Positions 22,964 to 27,310 of a stretch of DNA of 27,310 bases are shown in pieces. The notes under the pieces were generated by a model, which saw only the letters and a program-made list of their open reading frames with translations, did not search any database and had not been told where the DNA came from. The first letter of the stretch is position 1. Each line of letters begins with the position of its first letter. The stretch comes from a virus (lineage: Duplodnaviria > Caudoviricetes). The stretch is taken from IMG/VR virus record IMGVR_UViG_3300026897_000014, positions 1 to 27,310 of that record, one strand, 5' to 3'. Made by a program: the position numbers and the translations under genes.

Positions 22964-24367
22964 ATGACCACGGATATTGATCTCTTCGTCGAAGAAGCCC
23001 GCGGCATATCTATAGGCGACGCTGCCGTTCGGCTGGGCCTCACGTTCAAGCGCGGCTCCGGCGCCGAGCATCCGCAGCCTTGTCCGGCCTGCGGTGGCAA
23101 GGACACGTTCTCGTTCAACACCGAGAAGAACGCCTGGAATTGCCGGCGCGGGGGCGTCGGCGGCAAAGATGCGATCGGCATGGCTGCGCATGCGCACGGG
23201 CTCGATCTCAACCGACGTGATGGCTTTCTCGGCGCCTGCGAGCTTGTCACCGGCCGGGCAATTCCCGATGGCGAGGAGCGCGAGAGCGACGACGATCGCG
23301 CCGCGCGGCTCGACCGGCTGGAACGGCAGCGGCGGCAGAACGAGACCGAGGCCGGACGGCGCGCCGACGAGCAGTCGGACTTTCGCGAAAAGGAACGGCG
23401 CAAGGCGCGCGGCATCCATGATGGGGCGTCCGTACTCGGCCGCTCAGATCCGGTCATTCGCTACATGGGTGTGCGCGGCAGCCCGCATGTCGACCGGCGC
23501 TGGCTACGTTTCGCGCCCAGCCTGACCTATTGGCATGGCAGCGATGAGCGCGGCGATCCGGCGGCTTTGTTCTCCGGCCCGGCAATGGTCGCGGGGTTCT
23601 ATGGCCCGGGCATGGAGTTGATCGGTTGTCACATCACCTGGATCGACCTCGATCGCGGGCCGAAATTCCGGCCGGACCTGTTCGGTCTGACCAAGGACGG
23701 CGTCCAGGCGCGCCGGCCGGGCTGGGCCTATGGCGACCCGCCGCCATCGCCGGAAGATCTCGCGGCCGGTCTCTACGAGCGCCTGCCGACCAAGAAGATG
23801 CGCGGCTCGAAGAATGGCGGGCTGATCCCGATCGCCGGCGACCCGGCGGCTGCGCGATGGGTCGGCGGCGAGGGGATCGAGAACGGCTCGGCCTTCGGCT
23901 GCTGGGAAGGTTTGCGCGATGACACGTTCTATTTCGCCGCCGGCGATCTCGGCAATCTCGCAGGCCCGGCCGAGGCCTCGTCGCGCTTTGCCCATCCGAC
24001 CCTGAAGAAGCCGGACAAGAAGGGCGTGCTGCGGTCGGTGATGGTGCCAGGGCCGGTGCCCAAGCGGCGGGAGGCAGAATCGGGCGCAGCCCGCAAGCCC
24101 GACCGGGCGTCGGGCGGTCAGCCCGCCCCGTCGGAGGGCCAGCGAGCGGACGCGAGCGATGCGGCCCGTGAGACCGATCAATCCATGTGGATCGGCGCGC
24201 ATGTGCGCGAGCTCGTGCTGCTTGGCGACGGCGATTCCGAACCGGTCTTCACCGCCACGGCGATGGCGCGCGCAAAGGCGCGAATGGCCGCGCCGGAGCG
24301 CCAGATTTTCACGGCCTGGCCGAAGGCGGGGACCGATTTTGCGGGCATGGCGGCGGGGTTGACGTGA
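22964..24367 (+). CDS. P4 alpha-type zinc-ribbon / TOPRIM-like primase
   Basis: PCPACGGKDTFSFN...WNCRRG..GKDAI; GCHITWID; GEGIEN; LLGDGDSE; GTDF. Confidence 0.85.
   Translation: MTTDIDLFVEEARGISIGDAAVRLGLTFKRGSGAEHPQPCPACGGKDTFSFNTEKNAWNCRRGGVGGKDAIGMAAHAHGLDLNRRDGFLGACELVTGRAIPDGEERESDDDRAARLDRLERQRRQNETEAGRRADEQSDFREKERRKARGIHDGASVLGRSDPVIRYMGVRGSPHVDRRWLRFAPSLTYWHGSDERGDPAALFSGPAMVAGFYGPGMELIGCHITWIDLDRGPKFRPDLFGLTKDGVQARRPGWAYGDPPPSPEDLAAGLYERLPTKKMRGSKNGGLIPIAGDPAAARWVGGEGIENGSAFGCWEGLRDDTFYFAAGDLGNLAGPAEASSRFAHPTLKKPDKKGVLRSVMVPGPVPKRREAESGAARKPDRASGGQPAPSEGQRADASDAARETDQSMWIGAHVRELVLLGDGDSEPVFTATAMARAKARMAAPERQIFTAWPKAGTDFAGMAAGLT
24082..24172 (+). repeat. GTGAG multi-hairpin repeat, copy 7 (in frame inside the primase)
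   Basis: gggc-gca-gccc gcaa gccc-gacc-gggc gtc gggc-ggtca-gccc gccccgtc ggag ggcc a...gatgc ggccc gtgag. Confidence 0.82.
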
Positions 24368-26154
24368 CGAAGAGCATGATGCCGGCAGAGGTGGCGGCGG
24401 CGCTGGAGGCGATGCGCCTGCAGCAGGAGGTCTATGGCGGCCCCGCACCCCTTGGGCAGGACGCTTCGCCGCCTGCAGCAGATGATGAAGGTGAACCGGG
24501 CACCGCGCCGAAGCGCGGCTCGAAGGTCGACATGGAAGTGGTGCTGCACTGCGCCGCGCTCGACCATTCCGACACCGACAATGCCGAGCGCCTGCTGGCG
24601 CATTTCGGCGAGGATCTTCTGGTGCTGGCGCAATCGAAGGCGCGCACCGCTGCCTACGCGGTCTGGACCGGCACGCATTGGGACATCGAACTTGGCGAGC
24701 CGCGCGCGCTGGCGATCGCGCAGCAGCTCGGCGGGCGCATCGCGCTCGAGGCGGGCGTGTTGAAGATGACCGAAACCGAACAGAAGCTCGTCGACCGCGC
24801 CGAGGCGGCGTTGAAGAAGGATGCGAGCGAGCAGACGGCGGTCGAACGCGCCATGGTGGCCAAGGCCGAAAAGGCGGCGGAGGCCTATCGCAAGCGCGTC
24901 ACGCGGCGGATGACGCATGCGGTGTCGTCGAAGAACAAGGGCCGGCTGGAGGCGATGCTGGCCTGCGCCGCGCCGCATATCCAGCGCGGCCCGGACCTGT
25001 TCAACGCCGATCCGCTCAAGGTCGCGGTCGGCAGCCACACGCTGACCTTCCGCAAGGCGCCGAAGCGCGTTCCGAACCCGGACTACACCGATCCGGACGT
25101 CAGCCGCGAGGATGTGCCGGAGTTCATCATCGGGAACGATGCGACGCTGACAGCGCGCAAGGGGCACGACCGCGCCGACCTGATCACGCAGGTCGTGCCC
25201 GTCGCCTACAATCCGAAAGCCGACTGTCCGAAGTGGAGCGCCTTCCTGGAGCGGATGCTGCCGGTGACCGACGTGCGGCGCATGGTCCAGGTCGCGTCCG
25301 GCCTCGGACTGATCGGCCTGACGGTGCAAAAGCTGTTTTTCCACTATGGGTTCGGCGCCAATGGCAAGTCGGTCTACATGGAGACGCTCTGCCGGCTGCT
25401 CGGCGACTGGTCGGTGACCTTGCCATCGGAATCGTTCACCGGCGAGGCGAAGGCGGGCGGGGCGGCCAATCCCGACATGGCGCGGCTCTACGGCCGCCGC
25501 ATGCTGCGCGTCAAGGAACTGCCGGAAGGCGAGGACCTGCGCGAGAACCTGGTCAAGGATCTGACCGGCGGCGAGCACTTCACCGTGCGCGACCTGTTTC
25601 GCGGCTATTTCGATTTCAAGCCGATCTTCACCGGCCACATGTCGGGCAACGGCTATCCGAAGATCAGCGGCACCGATAACGGCATCTGGCGGCGCATGGC
25701 CGTGGTGCACTGGCCGGTGACGCTGGAGCTTGCCGAGCAGCGCGAGTTCGAGACCGTCGTGTCGGAATTCGTGCCGGAATATCCCGGCATCCTCAACTGG
25801 CTGATCGAGGGCGTGATGATCTTCCTGCGCGAGGGGCTGGTGATCCCCGCGGCGGTCCAGGCGAAGACGCAGGAATATCGCGACCAGATGGACCCGACCT
25901 CGTCCTTCTGCGCCCGCTGCGTCATGCTGTCGGAAAAGGACGACCTGACCGCCAAGGAATTCTATCAGGCCTATTGCGACTTCACCGTCGACCAGGGCGG
26001 CAAGCCGATCTCGCTGACGCGCTTCGGCCTGATCATGCAGAAGAAATACCGCCGTGAAGACGGCCGCATCGTCCGCTATCACGGCGTCAAGCTGCAGGAC
26101 GTTCCCGCCCGCCGAACCGATGGCCAGGCCGATTTCGAGGGCCATTATCGATGA
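24364..26154 (+). CDS. P4/D5-family primase-associated SF3 helicase
   Basis: DTDNAERL, D5_N-like region, Walker A GFGANGKS, VKDLTGGE, DNGIWRR, GILNWLIEG; GTGA-coupled start. Confidence 0.92.
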   Translation: MTKSMMPAEVAAALEAMRLQQEVYGGPAPLGQDASPPAADDEGEPGTAPKRGSKVDMEVVLHCAALDHSDTDNAERLLAHFGEDLLVLAQSKARTAAYAVWTGTHWDIELGEPRALAIAQQLGGRIALEAGVLKMTETEQKLVDRAEAALKKDASEQTAVERAMVAKAEKAAEAYRKRVTRRMTHAVSSKNKGRLEAMLACAAPHIQRGPDLFNADPLKVAVGSHTLTFRKAPKRVPNPDYTDPDVSREDVPEFIIGNDATLTARKGHDRADLITQVVPVAYNPKADCPKWSAFLERMLPVTDVRRMVQVASGLGLIGLTVQKLFFHYGFGANGKSVYMETLCRLLGDWSVTLPSESFTGEAKAGGAANPDMARLYGRRMLRVKELPEGEDLRENLVKDLTGGEHFTVRDLFRGYFDFKPIFTGHMSGNGYPKISGTDNGIWRRMAVVHWPVTLELAEQREFETVVSEFVPEYPGILNWLIEGVMIFLREGLVIPAAVQAKTQEYRDQMDPTSSFCARCVMLSEKDDLTAKEFYQAYCDFTVDQGGKPISLTRFGLIMQKKYRREDGRIVRYHGVKLQDVPARRTDGQADFEGHYR

Positions 26155-26194
26155 TCCCCGCACCCCTGTTTCACCTTGGCGTTTCCGCCTGCAG

Positions 26195-26497
26195 ACTGGT
26201 CAAGTTATTGAATTTGCTCGCATTCAGGTTGCGACACTTGCACCACTTCGCGACACTTCGCGACACTTGCAACAGCGAAGATTGATGAGCGATTTCAATG
26301 GCTTGCGATAGTTTGCACCAGTTTTCCGAGGTCTATATGGGTGAGAGAGGGGTCCGGGGGAAAAGTTTTTTCATGTCATAGGCATCCAAAAACTGTCGCA
26401 ACTCCCGCTACTTCCTTCCAACCCATTGAAACAACGAAGGAAGTGTCTCTCTCCAAACTATCGCTGAAGTATCGCTAAGTGGTGCGAAGTGTCGCAA
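26195..26497. other. Putative phage replication origin region (iteron-like direct and inverted repeats, IHF-like boxes)
   Basis: AT-richer non-coding gap after the helicase; tandem GCGACACTT/GCACCACTT units at 26229-26270 with an inverted copy at 26477-26497; WWTCAANNNNTTG-type boxes at 26201-26213, 26293-26305 and 26419-26431. Confidence 0.6.
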
Positions 26498-26507
26498 AGG
26501 GATCAAG

Positions 26508-27310
26508 ATGAAAACCGTGACGATGGAAGAACTGCTGACCTGGGCTTTCGTGAACGAATTGCCGAAAGGCGGCGGTGTGGACGGGCTGGACAATGCCAAT
26601 TCGGCTTGGCGGATGCTGGAAGCGTCATCGTGGGGCAAGATCACCAGCTTTGCCGAACTCGGCACGTTGATCGATCGCTCGAGCGGGCCGAACTATTTCA
26701 TCGAGCAGGGCGAGCCGCACGAGGACGCGGTGACGGTCGGCCGCGCGGTGGCGCAGCTGGCGGCCTGCGACATCGTGCTGCCGTCCAGATGGAACCCGCT
26801 TGCCGACTGGCCGGACACGGATGGCCAGCTGGGCAGCCTGGCCGCCGCCGCCGTCGCCCGCATCCGCAAGCGGATCGAGGATCGGACGCCGGCGCGGCGC
26901 GGATCGGAAATGGTCAGCCTCGTCGTCGGCACGGCGATCCTGTCGCGCCCGCCCGACTGGACGGCGGAACCGTCGAAGGTGAAGCTGATCGAGCGCGGCG
27001 GGAAGCCGGCCTGGTTTGTCCAGCGCGCGGTGACCGACACGCTCGGCAACCGCCACACGATGGAAGTGGACGGCTTCAATGCGCGGACGGGCCGTCCGCA
27101 AAAGGGCGCCTATCGCAGGTTCGAACTGTCGGTCGCGCCCGACGGCGACATTCTCTCGCGCCTCGACCATCAGCTCTGGGTCGCGGTCAACCGGCGGCTG
27201 GAAGCGGAGATCGCCGGTGCGCTGATCGCGCATCGGCTGGTCAGCGCGGAACGGTCGATGACGCCATGGCTGGAGCGGGAAGACGAGGGCGTGGCGATCG
27301 TCGGGGCGGC
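26508..27310 (+). CDS. Conserved-looking phage hypothetical protein, partial (runs off the window end)
   Basis: AAAGGGA RBS; MKTVTMEELLTWAFVNELPKGGG...; probably absent from the ORF track because it reaches no stop inside the window. Confidence 0.8.
   Translation, partial: MKTVTMEELLTWAFVNELPKGGGVDGLDNANSAWRMLEASSWGKITSFAELGTLIDRSSGPNYFIEQGEPHEDAVTVGRAVAQLAACDIVLPSRWNPLADWPDTDGQLGSLAAAAVARIRKRIEDRTPARRGSEMVSLVVGTAILSRPPDWTAEPSKVKLIERGGKPAWFVQRAVTDTLGNRHTMEVDGFNARTGRPQKGAYRRFELSVAPDGDILSRLDHQLWVAVNRRLEAEIAGALIAHRLVSAERSMTPWLEREDEGVAIVGA

Larger units (their letters stand above)
1..27310. mobile_element. Temperate phage/prophage early, immunity and replication region (alphaproteobacterial); ends lie outside the window
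   Basis: Divergent CI/Cro switch with operators, CII-like gene, phage-type methylases, P4-type primase/helicase, SSB, DUF2303, HD hydrolase, dense ATGA/TGATG-coupled operons. No integrase or structural module is inside the window. Confidence 0.93.

Noticed and set aside
24178-26163. 661-aa minus-strand ORF
   Set aside because: Shadow of the P4-type helicase
26229-26270. CRISPR array
   Set aside because: Units are 9-10 bp in tandem with no unique spacers, and no cas genes are present
1-27310. A second VR for the TR within the window
   Set aside because: By eye I found no other copy of the TR core or GC element/IMH; a remote target outside the window remains possible

Overview
The whole window reads as the early/control and replication half of a temperate phage (or prophage) of a GC-rich alphaproteobacterium, probably Rhizobiales (GcrA-like, DUF982 and alpha-type SSB genes). 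A CI/Cro switch at about 11.4-12.5 kb, with matching left and right operators, separates two long, largely translationally coupled operons. The leftward operon carries an HD hydrolase, SSB, a DUF2303 pair, a beta sliding clamp, a DUF550 dNTP pyrophosphohydrolase, a DGR, DUF1643 and ASCH. The rightward operon carries CII-like and GcrA-like genes, a helicase-methylase fusion, a DnaA-C/XRE protein, a C5 methylase, a secreted sulfatase, P4-type primase and helicase, and a putative origin. Three observations stand out. (1) A complete BPP-1-type diversity-generating retroelement (target/VR-avd-TR-RT; 8 of 8 TR/VR mismatches at TR adenines; GC element, IMH and GGAA hairpin present) sits in the early operon rather than a tail module, and its Mtd-like target appears to lack the N-terminal domain. 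(2) Seven dispersed copies of a 70-105 nt multi-hairpin element ending in GTGAG show compensatory base changes, mostly sit in frame within phage ORFs, and match no family I recognise. (3) A signal-peptide sulfatase is coupled into the replication operon. Family assignments come from motif recognition and recalled sequences, not database searches.
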